NCBI GenBank assembly: GCA_963758525.1
Contig: CAVWVQ010000003.1
Span: forward strand, 2,176,001 to 2,240,000
Direction of reading: 5' to 3'
DNA length: 64,000 bases
From: an uncultured Phycisphaerales bacterium
GTDB taxonomy: Bacteria > Planctomycetota > Phycisphaerae > Tepidisphaerales > Tepidisphaeraceae
The notes below the pieces were generated by a model. It saw only the letters and a program-made list of their open reading frames with translations, made no database searches and was not told the DNA's origin. Position 1 is the stretch's first letter; each line of letters starts with the position of its first letter. Made by a program: the position numbers and the translations under genes. This document shows positions 53,665 through 63,623 of this stretch, one piece after another.

Positions 53665-55075
53665 TCAGGCGGCTATCCTGCGGCCTGGCGGCTCCCGCAC
53701 TTTGTCGACGTCCAGCAGCAATGCGGTGGTCGCCTGCATCGCCCGCCCGATGAGCATCAGGGACACGGCGCTCAGCAGCACCACGGTTCCGTTGAAACGC
53801 GTCAGCGAGGCGACGTCGGGGTTGATCATGAGCCAGCCATACCAGATCGACCAGATTCCGATCACCATGGAACGGCGCAGTTGGAGCGGCAGGACTTGCC
53901 CGCGCGGCTCATGCTGCTCGAGAACTTCGATCGCGAAGAGAACCGCGGGAATCGCCAGGAGAAGCTGGTCGTAGTCGAAATAGAAAGGCATCAGCAGCGG
54001 CGTGCTGACGATCGTTGCAGCGATCAGCCGGTCGAACCGCCTGCCGTTGCGAATCAAATGGGCTGGCGCCGCGCGCGTCCGCAATGCCGCCGAGAAGAGA
54101 AATGCCCCCAACCCGATGCTGCAGACAGATGCGGCGATCCACGTCACAAGTGAGGATTCTCCCGTCGCGTATCCTTGAAAGAGCAGGCGCCAGAACGCGC
54201 GGAACGTAACATGCCGATCCCATAGATACGGAGTTTCCAGCAGGACGAAATGAAGATTGATCGGCAGACGGTGCTGGTAGTCGCCAATGGTTCCCGGCAG
54301 CGTCCATACGTTGACCGCCAGGAGCGAAGCCCCGGTGATCGCCAGTCCCGCAAGAACACGCCAGCCCAGGCAGATCGTCATCACGACTGCCACCAGCGCC
54401 ACGAGCTGCGGTTTGTATGCCAGCGCTCCGAGCAACAGCCCCGCCAGCAATGGACGTTCATTTCGCCAGGCGGCGACGACCAGAGTCAGCAGAAGAAGAG
54501 ATGTACACGTGTTTTGGGCGTGGGTCAGCGACTGGATGAACGGCGTCGATATTGCGATCAGCACGGGCACCAGCGCCCACGTCGCGGGGCCGCTGCGCGA
54601 CGCCCGCCTGACCCAGCTCACGAGGATGGTCACGGCAATCGCAGCACAAACCAGATCGAAGCCGAGCCAGAGCTTTAGCGCGGCCAGATAGGAAAACTTC
54701 GCCAGCGGGACAAACAGCCATGCATAGTAAGGCGGGTTCCACCACGGGCCGATTGCCTGCCCGAGGTCATCGCCGTTCTGCTGAGCCAGCGCGTGCTGGT
54801 ATTGTGCGATGGCGTGCAGATCGTAGAGGCTGCGCGCGCGGCCCTCGCTGACGAACACGCCGGCCGTGTAGAAGGCGATAAAGTCCGTGCCGACGCTTCC
54901 TTCACGGTGATGCGGTCCGGCCGGCATGAAGGCATAGATGCCCGCCAGGGAGACAATGAAGAGCGTGACGCAGGCGGCGCCGACCCAGAGCCGGCGCTGC
55001 AGGGAGCCGCGGGCGATGACGGAGAATGGGCGTGGGATTCGAATAGTGAAGAGAATATCGACTGCGGCCCGGCAT
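53665..55075 (-). CDS. GT87/DUF2029 family glycosyltransferase (start uncertain; probable frameshift near 55000)
   Basis: GTDFIAFY, WWNPPYY, AQNT, YKPQL, PLLMPFYFDYDQLLL; upstream TM is in frame but lacks a start. Confidence 0.85.
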
Positions 55076-55146
55076 CAGGTTGCGTGGAAGTATCTGGCTC
55101 GTAGAAAGACCGATCCCGTTGCGAGGCAGTCGCGCCAGCGTATCGA

Positions 55147-55662
55147 TTATTGGCCGCGGGCGGGTAATTGCTCCAGCAAACGGTCGATAACTGCAACGGC
55201 GCTCAGGTCGTTGCGGACAGCCGAGTCTCGGTTCCATTGCACGTTCTCGTTGGGAACGTTGCGCGGAAAGGAAAAATTCGTCGCGATATGGTCCAGCCGG
55301 GACTGACGTTCAGACAGCAGCGCAGACCGCACGGCGCTGACGGCGGCGGGATCCAACGCCGAATCGGCCTGGTGCTCGAGCGCCTTGAGCGTATCGGGAA
55401 CGCCGTCGGCGCCCGCATCGGACGGACCGGCCAGCAGATCGAGGAGATAGCCCGCCCTCCGCACCGGGTCCGCCAGTCGCTCGCGCACCGCTTGCAGACG
55501 CTGGCGCAGCTCCGCGGCGTGATCGCCGCCGCTTGCGGAAATCTCGTTCGACACGCGCGCTACGGCCGTGTCAAGCCGGACCGCATCCAACTGAAACTCG
55601 CGGTTCAAACCGAGCAGTGCAAAATCGTCAGGGGCGTTTTGAAGATCTTCTGCTGCGCTCAT
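55147..55662 (-). CDS. HscB-like J-domain co-chaperone homolog lacking HPD
   Basis: DDFALLGLNREFQLD...LADPVRRAGYLLDL matches the HscB J-domain frame; no HPD. Confidence 0.65.
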   Translation of the reverse strand: MSAAEDLQNAPDDFALLGLNREFQLDAVRLDTAVARVSNEISASGGDHAAELRQRLQAVRERLADPVRRAGYLLDLLAGPSDAGADGVPDTLKALEHQADSALDPAAVSAVRSALLSERQSRLDHIATNFSFPRNVPNENVQWNRDSAVRNDLSAVAVIDRLLEQLPARGQ

Positions 55663-55903
55663 GATGCGGCCCTTGCGGCTCATGCCGGAAAGTGTTGGCG
55701 CTTCGTGGTCGCGTACATGATATCGCTTGACGCGCATCGCGGGAAGCCTAACGATGGCCGCGTAAATGCAGAAGAAATCACGAGCCGTGAGTCATAGAGA
55801 CGCGCAGCGCTGCGAGCCGCAGAGCTGAAAAGCTAAGAAGGCGCAAGACGGTCGCCATGGCGACTAAACTGCGACAGACGCGAACGAAGAGGGAGCGCCG
55901 AGA

Positions 55904-57448
55904 ATGCGTGGAGCACAGAATCTTGCTGCAAAAATAAGGGACGGCGCCACATCACCGATGGAGCAGGCAAACACATTTTCCCCGTGGCATGGGCGTCCCG
56001 CCCATGTGGGCGGCGTGGAACTCAAGAAACATCTCGATATCAAAGGTTCTGCTGCTGCTGCGCCGCCAGCATGGGCGGGACGCTCATGCCACGGGGAAGC
56101 TCTTCGCGTTTTCCTTCGCGCCTTTGCGCCTTCGCGGCTCTTTTTTTTGTTCGTATTATGCACGCTGGCATGTGGCGCGGTCTCCGCAGCCGCACCCATG
56201 GACGACAACTCGCCGATCCGCATCTCCATCATCACGATGGGCCCCGGCGATGCATCGTGGGAGAAGTTCGGGCATATTGCACTGCGCATCCAGGACGTGC
56301 GAGCGCGTTATCCGGACGTGCTCTTCAACTGGGGAATCTTTGATTTCGATCAGAAGAACTTTTATCTGAATTTCCTGCAGGGCCGGATGATCTACACGAC
56401 GGCGGCCGAGGACGGCCCGCCAACGATTGAAGAATACCGCAACAGCGGGCGTACGGTGTGGGAGCAGGTGCTTGGCCTGTCCGAAAACCAGAAAATCGAT
56501 ATCGAGGATCGCTGCATCGCGGCGATCGATCCGCAAAATCGGGATTACCGGTACGATTATTATCGTGATAACTGCTCGACGCGGGTGCGCGATCTCATCG
56601 ATGCCGCGCTGGGCCACCAGATCAGGCAGCAGATTGAGTCGAAGCCGAGCGGCGTGACGGATCGCTGGCACACACGCCGGCTGCTGCGGGACGACATCCC
56701 GCTGTATGTCGCGCTGCAGGCCGTCCTCGGACACCCGGTGGACGAGCCGATTTCACAATGGCAGGAGACGTTTTTGCCGGAGAAGCTGCGCGAACGGCTG
56801 CGCGAGATCAGAATTGTCGGCGCCGACGGCCGGAGCGCGCCGCTGCTGGAAAGTGAAAGCGTTCTCAGCCCGGGCAATAAGCCCCCGGAAGCGTCCGCCC
56901 CACCGAACTCGCTTCCGCCGATGCTGATCGCCGGCGTCCTGATCGCCGGCGGGTTCGTCGGCCTCACGACCCTGATCGTACGCGGTCAGCGCGGTGCGCG
57001 GATCGCCTTGATCGTGTTTGCAATGGCATGGCTGCTGCTGATCGGCGTGGGCGGTGCAATCGCGACGTGGGGCTGGTTCGCGACGGATCACGTCGTCTGC
57101 AGGTACAACGAGAATCTCCTGCAGGTCAGCCCGCTGGCGCTGTTCCTTCTAGTATTGCTGCCCAAAGCCTCGGGCGGCGGGAGGCGGCTCGCGTTTGTCG
57201 TATCGGCAATTATTGCCGGTCTTTCAATCCTCGGGTTGGCGCTGAAAGCTTCACCATTTTTCTTCCAGGTGAATGGCGATATGATCTCACTTTGTCTACC
57301 GATTCATCTCGCGCTCTGCTGGTCGATGTGGCGGCTGTGGAAAATGCCGCCAAAGCCCAGGACGGAATCGCTCGACCGGAAGCGCGGGCCGGCAGACAGT
57401 GCCGATTTCCGCAGCTCGCGCCGGCGGACGCGAGCGGCAACGCAATGA
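55904..57448 (+). CDS. DUF4105 / Lnb-type lipoprotein N-acyltransferase-like protein (start uncertain)
   Basis: TMGPG...FGHIALRI, FNWGIFDF, YRYDYYRDNCSTRVRD, FLPE, TDH, C-terminal TMs. Confidence 0.8.
   Translation: MRGAQNLAAKIRDGATSPMEQANTFSPWHGRPAHVGGVELKKHLDIKGSAAAAPPAWAGRSCHGEALRVFLRAFAPSRLFFLFVLCTLACGAVSAAAPMDDNSPIRISIITMGPGDASWEKFGHIALRIQDVRARYPDVLFNWGIFDFDQKNFYLNFLQGRMIYTTAAEDGPPTIEEYRNSGRTVWEQVLGLSENQKIDIEDRCIAAIDPQNRDYRYDYYRDNCSTRVRDLIDAALGHQIRQQIESKPSGVTDRWHTRRLLRDDIPLYVALQAVLGHPVDEPISQWQETFLPEKLRERLREIRIVGADGRSAPLLESESVLSPGNKPPEASAPPNSLPPMLIAGVLIAGGFVGLTTLIVRGQRGARIALIVFAMAWLLLIGVGGAIATWGWFATDHVVCRYNENLLQVSPLALFLLVLLPKASGGGRRLAFVVSAIIAGLSILGLALKASPFFFQVNGDMISLCLPIHLALCWSMWRLWKMPPKPRTESLDRKRGPADSADFRSSRRRTRAATQ
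55978..56142. repeat. GTGG-type REP-like inverted doublet plus a (CTTCGCG)n arm
   Basis: TTCCCCGTGGCATGGGCGTCCCGCCCATG ... CATGGGCGGGACGCTCATGCCACGGGGAA; 56101-56142 resembles 6607-6648. Confidence 0.75.
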
Positions 57449-58488
57449 ACCCGCAGCCCTCTCAGTCAAAATCAACCATGCGCTACTTCCATGCATCAAT
57501 CGTATTGAGCCTCTGCGGTTATCTCGTCGCCGGATGCGGCGGAAAAACGCAAGATCCCAACGCCAAGGTCCTGCCCGCCCCGCCGCGCATCACCGCGGCG
57601 CCGCCGGTGAAAAATGTACCGCTCGACCCTGCGCTCGCGGAGGCCGCGCACGAGCAGATCACCCGCTCGCTGAACTCCAACAGCTCTTCTCCCACGCCGC
57701 GGGTGCATGCGCTGGAAGCGGTGAAGGATTTGGGAGAGGTTGAGCATGCGCCGGAGGTCATTGCAGCCTTGTCCGCCCCTGAGCCGATCGTCCGCTTTGC
57801 CGCGGCGATGACCGCCGGCGGATTGAAGCTTGAAGCCGCGCACCAGCCGCTGCTGGCAATCGCCAGCGATCCGGATGCAAACGTGCGTGTGGCGGTGCGT
57901 TACGCACTGCACCGCCTCGGCGATGCCCGCCTGAGTCATGATCTGGAAAAGTACGCCCGCGATCCCCGCAAGGAAGTGCGCGGCAATACCGCGATGGTTC
58001 TCGGCATGCTCAGCGAGCCCAGCGCGCTGAAAGTGCTGAGCGTTCTTCGCAAGGATCCCGAGCCGTCCGTCCGCCAGCAGGCGGCCGAAGCGATGTGGCG
58101 GCTGGGTGACGAGTCGGGAATGGAGGCGCTGGTTGGCATGACCGTCAGCCGCTACCCCGACGACCAGATGCTGGCGTTGCTCGCGCTGGCCGAGCCGCGC
58201 GATCAACGGGTGGGGCGGACGGTGGAGGCGGGCCTCAGCGTCGACTACATCGAAGTCAATCTGGTCGCAGCCCGGGCTTTGGGAATGCTGGGAACCGATG
58301 AGGGATACACCGTCGCGCTCCGCGGCGCCGCCAGCTCCGACCCCCGACAGCGTTTCATGGCCGCCCTCGCCCTGGGCGCCATCGGGCGGGCTGATGCGCA
58401 GGACACGCTGCGAAAGCTGCTTGCCGACGACTATGAAAGTGTGCGGATCGCGGCGGCGGAGGCGATTCTGCAGCTTCACGGAACGTGA
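57445..58488 (+). CDS. HEAT-repeat lipoprotein
   Basis: Lipobox LVAGC; repeated DPxxxVRxxAA HEAT units; ATGA overlap with upstream gene. Confidence 0.85.
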   Translation: MNPQPSQSKSTMRYFHASIVLSLCGYLVAGCGGKTQDPNAKVLPAPPRITAAPPVKNVPLDPALAEAAHEQITRSLNSNSSSPTPRVHALEAVKDLGEVEHAPEVIAALSAPEPIVRFAAAMTAGGLKLEAAHQPLLAIASDPDANVRVAVRYALHRLGDARLSHDLEKYARDPRKEVRGNTAMVLGMLSEPSALKVLSVLRKDPEPSVRQQAAEAMWRLGDESGMEALVGMTVSRYPDDQMLALLALAEPRDQRVGRTVEAGLSVDYIEVNLVAARALGMLGTDEGYTVALRGAASSDPRQRFMAALALGAIGRADAQDTLRKLLADDYESVRIAAAEAILQLHGT

Positions 58489-58490
58489 TT

Positions 58491-58764
58491 AGGATTCAGG
58501 GTTCAGGGCTCAGGACAAATTCGAATAACGAAGCTCGAATCCTCGAATGAAGCTCGATTGTCGAATGACCGAATGTCGAAACCGCGAGTAGTGCGTCCTT
58601 TTCGCGGATGTCTGCCTGCGCGGCCTTCGTAGTCCCACGATGAAGCAGGCGGAATCAGGTTCACCCGCGCGTTTAATTCGAGTTTCGACATTCGGGCTTC
58701 GGATTTGATTCTGGTTTCGAGCTTCGTCATTCGGATTTCCGCGACGGCTCACGCCCTGAACCCT
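58491..58764. repeat. Nested heptamer-based inverted repeats
   Basis: Outer AGGGTTCAGGGC / GCCCTGAACCCT; inner AAATTCGAATAACGAAGCTCGAA ... TTCGAGCTTCGTCATTCGGATTT. Confidence 0.75.
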
Positions 58765-58825
58765 CCCCAGTCCCATAACGTATGTAATAGTCGGCGGCTG
58801 CGCCTGTCTGGAACCCGGAAATTCC

Positions 58826-58853
58826 TTGACACTCCACCGTGCGAGATTAGGAT
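58826..58853 (+). promoter_or_regulatory. Putative sigma70 promoter
   Basis: TTGACA-16 nt-TAGGAT upstream of gene at 58938. Confidence 0.55.
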
Positions 58854-58937
58854 ATTGATTGGCGGTTTCAGACTTGCCGATGCCGGATTGTCCTTGCCGA
58901 CCACCACTGCCAGCTAACTTCGTCTGAGGAGCACACC

Positions 58938-59801
58938 TTGAGCGCACTCACCAAGACTTTCGTCGTTCTGCACGTGATTCTGTCCATGGTTCTGGTCTCG
59001 GCCCTGGTTGTCTTCGTCAATCGAACCGAAGATTTCCGCGCCTTGAACAAGGCCGCCACGGACAAATACAACGCGGCGAAGAACGACGCGACCCAGGCAG
59101 CAATTGAAACCGCCAGCGTGAAGGCCGCGCTGCAGCAACAGCTCAATTCCAAGGATGCGTCGCTGACGGCCCAGCGCAAAGCGCTCGCCGCCGACCAAAC
59201 CACGATCGGCGGCCTTAATACGCAGGTCGCCGACCTGACCAGCAAGGTCGCGATGGCGCTGAGCGCGCAGACCGCCACGACCGCCGCCCTCCAGGTCGCC
59301 CAACAGCAGAACGCGACCATTGAGACCAACTTTGCGAATCTGCGCAAGCAGCAGGACGCCCTGCAACAGCAGTACACCGAAGCGAGCCTGCATATCACCG
59401 ATCTGCAGAACAAGCTGGATGTGACGGAGAAGCAGCGGCGGTATCTGGCTGAGCAGGTCACGCAGCTCACCGCCCAGAACGCGCAGCAGGCAGACCTCAT
59501 TCATAAAAACATTCCCGCCATCGAAGACCGCCAGGGCGCAATACTGAATCCAAACCCCACGATCGCCCTCGACGGAGTTGTGCGGGACAAGACGGTCATT
59601 GCCGGCGTCCCCTACGCCACCATCTCGATCGGCAGCGCCGATCAGGTCGAGAAGAACATGCAGTTTAAGGTGATCGACCATGACAGGTTTCTCGGCTACC
59701 TGACCGTCGACACGGTGGAGCCGCACGAAGCGACCGGCCGACTTGAAGGGCCGCACGTCGAAGACGTGAAGAGCGGCGTGGAAGTGAAAACCCAACTTTA
59801 A
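58938..59801 (+). CDS. Membrane-anchored coiled-coil protein with C-terminal beta domain
   Basis: TTG start after GAGGAG; N-terminal TM, long Q/A/L heptads, ISIGSADQV beta domain. Confidence 0.8.
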   Translation: MSALTKTFVVLHVILSMVLVSALVVFVNRTEDFRALNKAATDKYNAAKNDATQAAIETASVKAALQQQLNSKDASLTAQRKALAADQTTIGGLNTQVADLTSKVAMALSAQTATTAALQVAQQQNATIETNFANLRKQQDALQQQYTEASLHITDLQNKLDVTEKQRRYLAEQVTQLTAQNAQQADLIHKNIPAIEDRQGAILNPNPTIALDGVVRDKTVIAGVPYATISIGSADQVEKNMQFKVIDHDRFLGYLTVDTVEPHEATGRLEGPHVEDVKSGVEVKTQL

Positions 59802-59937
59802 TGAACGGGCGCGGGTTCGCGCACGTGCGAAAGACGCCGCTGCCCTCGGGGCAGCCGCTAAACGAACTTGGGAAGCGCGTAATTGCGCAAGTTATCTAAA
59901 TCGCTGATCCTTCAGGGATGCGCAGCCGGAGCAAAAC

Positions 59938-60096
59938 ATGAGTCGATTGGGAAATACTGGCGCAATCGTGGTGAAGCCAGCCAGCAATATCTACACGGTG
60001 CTGGTGGCGGCCGCGATCGTTGTTGAAGTCGTCGGATTGGTCTACATCTGGATGCAGGCGGTCGTTTTGCACGGCAAACCGCTCTTCGCCATGTAG
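59938..60096 (+). CDS. 52-aa single-TM small protein (not in ORF track)
   Basis: GGAG RBS; MSRLGNTGAIVVKPASNIYTVLVAAAIVVEVVGLVYIWMQAVVLHGKPLFAM; stop overlaps next start. Confidence 0.7.
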   Translation: MSRLGNTGAIVVKPASNIYTVLVAAAIVVEVVGLVYIWMQAVVLHGKPLFAM

Positions 60097-60714
60097 TGGC
60101 AGATTTGTTCGGCCACGCGTTTCAATTCCTCGAACCCGGACCGCTGCGCGACGGCGAGCTTGAGCTGGTCGAGCCCCAGACCAAGTGGGTGGATGACTTC
60201 CTCGCAGCCTGCGGCGATCCCCTCACCCGCCGTGACGCATTCGGCCTCTCCTGCGTCACACGCCATCAACTCAATCAGTTCTGCAGCATCTCCCCGCGCG
60301 GTCGCGAGCCCGGCGAGCCGCTCCTGGGCCGCCTCCCGACGTATCACTACTGGATGTTGTGGCACGACTCGCCGGGCGGCGCTCGCCCGCCGCTGCGCAT
60401 GGCCGGCGGCATCAGCCTGCGGATCGGCATGACCCGTGCGATCGAACTTTACTACGGCAACTTCGGCTACCACGTCTATCCCGCCGCCCGAGGCCATCAT
60501 TTTGCCGAGCGGTCCTGCCGACTGCTGCTGCCGCTCGCCCGCGCATGGCATGAAGACGATCTGGATCACCTGCAATCCCGATAATTACGCGTCGCGCCGC
60601 ACCTGTCAGCGACTGGGGACAACGCTCGTTGACATTGTTCCGGTGCCGCCCGCCGACCCGCTGTACGCGCGCGGGGATCATGAGAAGTGCCGGTTTAGAT
60701 TGGATCTGCGATAA
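60096..60714 (+). CDS. GNAT family N-acetyltransferase (apparent frameshift near 60540)
   Basis: GNFGYHVYPAARGHHFA then ITCNPDNYASRRTCQRLG. Confidence 0.85.
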
Positions 60715-60724
60715 ACGGCGATCC

Positions 60725-60917
60725 CTACCCAGTTTTGCGATTGCCGCCATGTTTGGGCAGGACCGCCGTAAGACCGCGAGCGATGAGTTCGGCTCGGCTG
60801 ATGCCTTGGCGGCGGGCGTAGCCATCGGCCTTGAGGAGCAAGCTCGGAACGATCGTCACCAGCACGCGGGCGGCCTTTTCGGCAGCGGGCTTCCGAGGCC
60901 GACCCTGCCAGCGTCAC
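60725..60917 (-). CDS. Ribbon-helix-helix (CopG-like) small protein, start broken by probable indel or truncated
   Basis: GRPRKPAAEKAARVLVTIVPSLLLKADGYARRQGISRAELIARGL; not in ORF track. Confidence 0.6.
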
Positions 60918-60992
60918 TGATGTCAGTATGTACCGAAAATCAGTGCGAACAGGAAGCGGTGATGGAGCACGCCCGTCGCAAGGTTCCGAAAA

Positions 60993-62466
60993 ATGCGACG
61001 ATTACGCGTTTCGGCTACACTTCCCCGCCGATTGCGCTCCGATACCACCATCCGCCGGGACATTGCCAGCGCGTACCTTGCGGCCGGCTCGCGCGTCGTC
61101 AGTTGGGTCGTCGTCTCGGCGTTCGTCTATCGGCGCAGCGGGCCGGGCGCATTTGCCATGCTCGCGCTGGTGCGCGCCACGCTGGGGTTGCTGAACTACG
61201 CCACGGTCGGGCTGGCGCCGGCGATGATTCACTTTCTCCCGGCACGTTCGCGGCCGGGACAGCAACCGGCGATGCCCCTGGTCGAAGGCGCCGGCCTGCC
61301 GACGCTCGATTACGCGCCCGCTGAAACAACTGATCTGAACTACAGCCCTGATGTGCTCTACTGCAACGGCGTGGCGCTCGCCTGGACCGCGGCGCTCGTG
61401 GCCGGCGTCGCGCTGATCCTGTACGAGATCTGGTTCAAGTTTGATCACTATCACGGCACGATCCACGGCGTAACGCCATCGATCGTGCCGCTGTTTGTCA
61501 TGACCATGGGCGCGGGGACGATTCTGCGGCTCGCCAGCGACCCGGCGAGCGCACTGCTGCAGGTGCGCGGCAAGCTCGCCCTGGACAATACTCTTCTGGC
61601 CGGCGCCGAATTGCTGTGGATGACCGCTGCTTTGACCGCAGGCGCAACGATTCAGGCCGTCGGCATCAGCTTCATGATCGCCGGCGGCGCTTTATGGGTG
61701 GCACGAAGCCTGTGGGGTTTTCGCCTGACGGGCGTGCTGCTGCCGACCCGCTACGCGATCCGCCCGGCCATCGTGCGCGCGCTGCTTGCCTTTGGAGCCG
61801 TGGTCACACTGGCGCAGGTCGCGGACTTTCTGTACGCGCCGATGGATTACATTCTGATCGACCGGCTGCTGCGGCCGATCGACATCGCCGCCTACGCTCC
61901 GGCGGTGCAGATCGACGGCGGGCTGCTGCTGCTGGCCATGGCACTCGCGTCGGTGCTGCTGCCACGGGCTGCCAGGGCGCACGCTGACAACGATCGCGCG
62001 GCGCTGCGGCGTTATTACCTGCAAGGCACGGCAACCAGCGCTGCGCTGCTCGCGGTTGCCGCGATCCTGATCTGGCTGATCTCCCCCTGGCTGCTTCGCA
62101 ACTGGCTCGGGAATTCGATGCCCGCCACCCGCGCTGCTCCCCCTGGTGCTTGTGAATAGCGTGATCGGGGGAAGCAGCGCAGTCGGACGATCCATTCTGC
62201 TGGGGGCGGGACGGGTGCGCCCGCTGGCGGCGGCGTCGCTGGCAGGTGGCGCGACAAACGTGGCATGCAGTTACGCCTTTGTTCATTTCGCTGCCGCGGG
62301 CCTGCGTGGAATCGTGCTGGGAACGAGCGTGGCGCTGGTCGGACGATGCGCTCTTTGGATGCCGTGGTATGTGCTAAAGACACTGCGATCGCCGCAGACC
62401 GCGAACCCTCCGGGAGAGAATCTTCCTCTGACTGAGGGCCGCGCACGAATCACTGGCTGGAGATAA
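60993..62466 (+). CDS. MOP/Wzx-like flippase (apparent frameshift near 62130)
   Basis: Multi-TM; VADFLYAPMDYILIDRLL, NWLG; C-terminus in ORF 62146..62466. Confidence 0.7.
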
Positions 62467-62490
62467 TGAGATGCCGTTTCCGCTGCGGTC

Positions 62491-63456
62491 TCAATGCAGC
62501 ACGAAGTTAAACGCCTTGACGACGCTCATCCCGGCGTAGGCGCGGTCGAAGTGAGCCTGACTCATCGCGTCGATCGCCGATCGGGTCAGTCGCGGATAGG
62601 GCGGAGCCGAGAGAACCTGGATCTGCCCGACGCTTCCATCGCTGCGGACGCTGCAGGATAACTTTACGGTTCCCTCTTCACCCCGGCGGCGGGACTCTTC
62701 GGGATAGACAGGGGCGGGCAAGGTCGGATCGGGCGTCCCGCTGGGAACACCGGCCTGGCCGCCGTTGAGTTGCCCATTGCCGGCGCCGATGCTTTTGCCG
62801 TGTCCGGTTCCTCCGCCCTGCTGCGCAGGCGGCGACTTCGCGCCCGATGATGCCGGATGGTTACTGCGACGCACCATCGGCGAGCCCGCCAGATCAGAAC
62901 TGCCGCGGCTCGGGCCAACCGGCGGCGGCGGGCCCCATAGCAGCTTCGGACCGACGTACGATGACGCCGTCGCGCTCATCGTCGGGTCGGTCTGCTCCTG
63001 GGTCTCCAGCTTGTTCATCACAGCCGCCATCGAATCGGCCGATGGCGTCCGCGGGGCATCGAGATCAGGAATTTGCGGCATTCCGGTTCCGCCTGGCGTC
63101 TGCTCCCTCCACATCACGCCGACCGCATTGGCGCCGCCATCTCCCAACGCAAGTTCGAGCTTGGGCGGACGAACCAAATGTTTGTAGAGCGCCACGCCGG
63201 CCCAGATCAGGGCGGCGTGGACCAGAATCGAAGTGACCCAGGAGACCCCGCCGATCGGCAGTGGAACGCCGAGAATTCTCACGCGCTGTTTGGATGTGAC
63301 GCGCACAGCCGATCGATGCTGCGCGGCGGCCAGCGCGAGTGATTCGTCGAGCTTGACCGCCGCATGCCCTTCGGGCGTATTGGACTCCTCCTCCTCGCCG
63401 GCGGGTTCCGCCGCCGGCGCGTCTTCAGCCATATTTGCAGATTCAATTTCGTCCAT
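62491..63456 (-). CDS. TonB family energy transducer
   Basis: TM with SILVHAAL, Pro/Gly linker, PVYPEESRRRGEEGTVKL C-terminal domain. Confidence 0.85.
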   Translation of the reverse strand: MDEIESANMAEDAPAAEPAGEEEESNTPEGHAAVKLDESLALAAAQHRSAVRVTSKQRVRILGVPLPIGGVSWVTSILVHAALIWAGVALYKHLVRPPKLELALGDGGANAVGVMWREQTPGGTGMPQIPDLDAPRTPSADSMAAVMNKLETQEQTDPTMSATASSYVGPKLLWGPPPPVGPSRGSSDLAGSPMVRRSNHPASSGAKSPPAQQGGGTGHGKSIGAGNGQLNGGQAGVPSGTPDPTLPAPVYPEESRRRGEEGTVKLSCSVRSDGSVGQIQVLSAPPYPRLTRSAIDAMSQAHFDRAYAGMSVVKAFNFVLH

Positions 63457-63623
63457 GGTAAAAAAATGCAACAAACCACGGGCTCATGCATGCTTGACTA
63501 AGTTACCTCTTCCGCATACTCATCAACGCCCGCTTGCCACAGTGGTAGCCCAAAGGCAGGCGGCGCGGGGAGGGCGGATGCGGCGGCATCCCAGGTGCCG
63601 CGGGCACGCGGAGGATTTTAGCA

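Noticed and set aside
60096..60917. GNAT-RHH toxin-antitoxin operon
   Set aside because: Genes are convergent rather than co-transcribed, and the GNAT does not resemble AtaT/TacT-type toxins by eye
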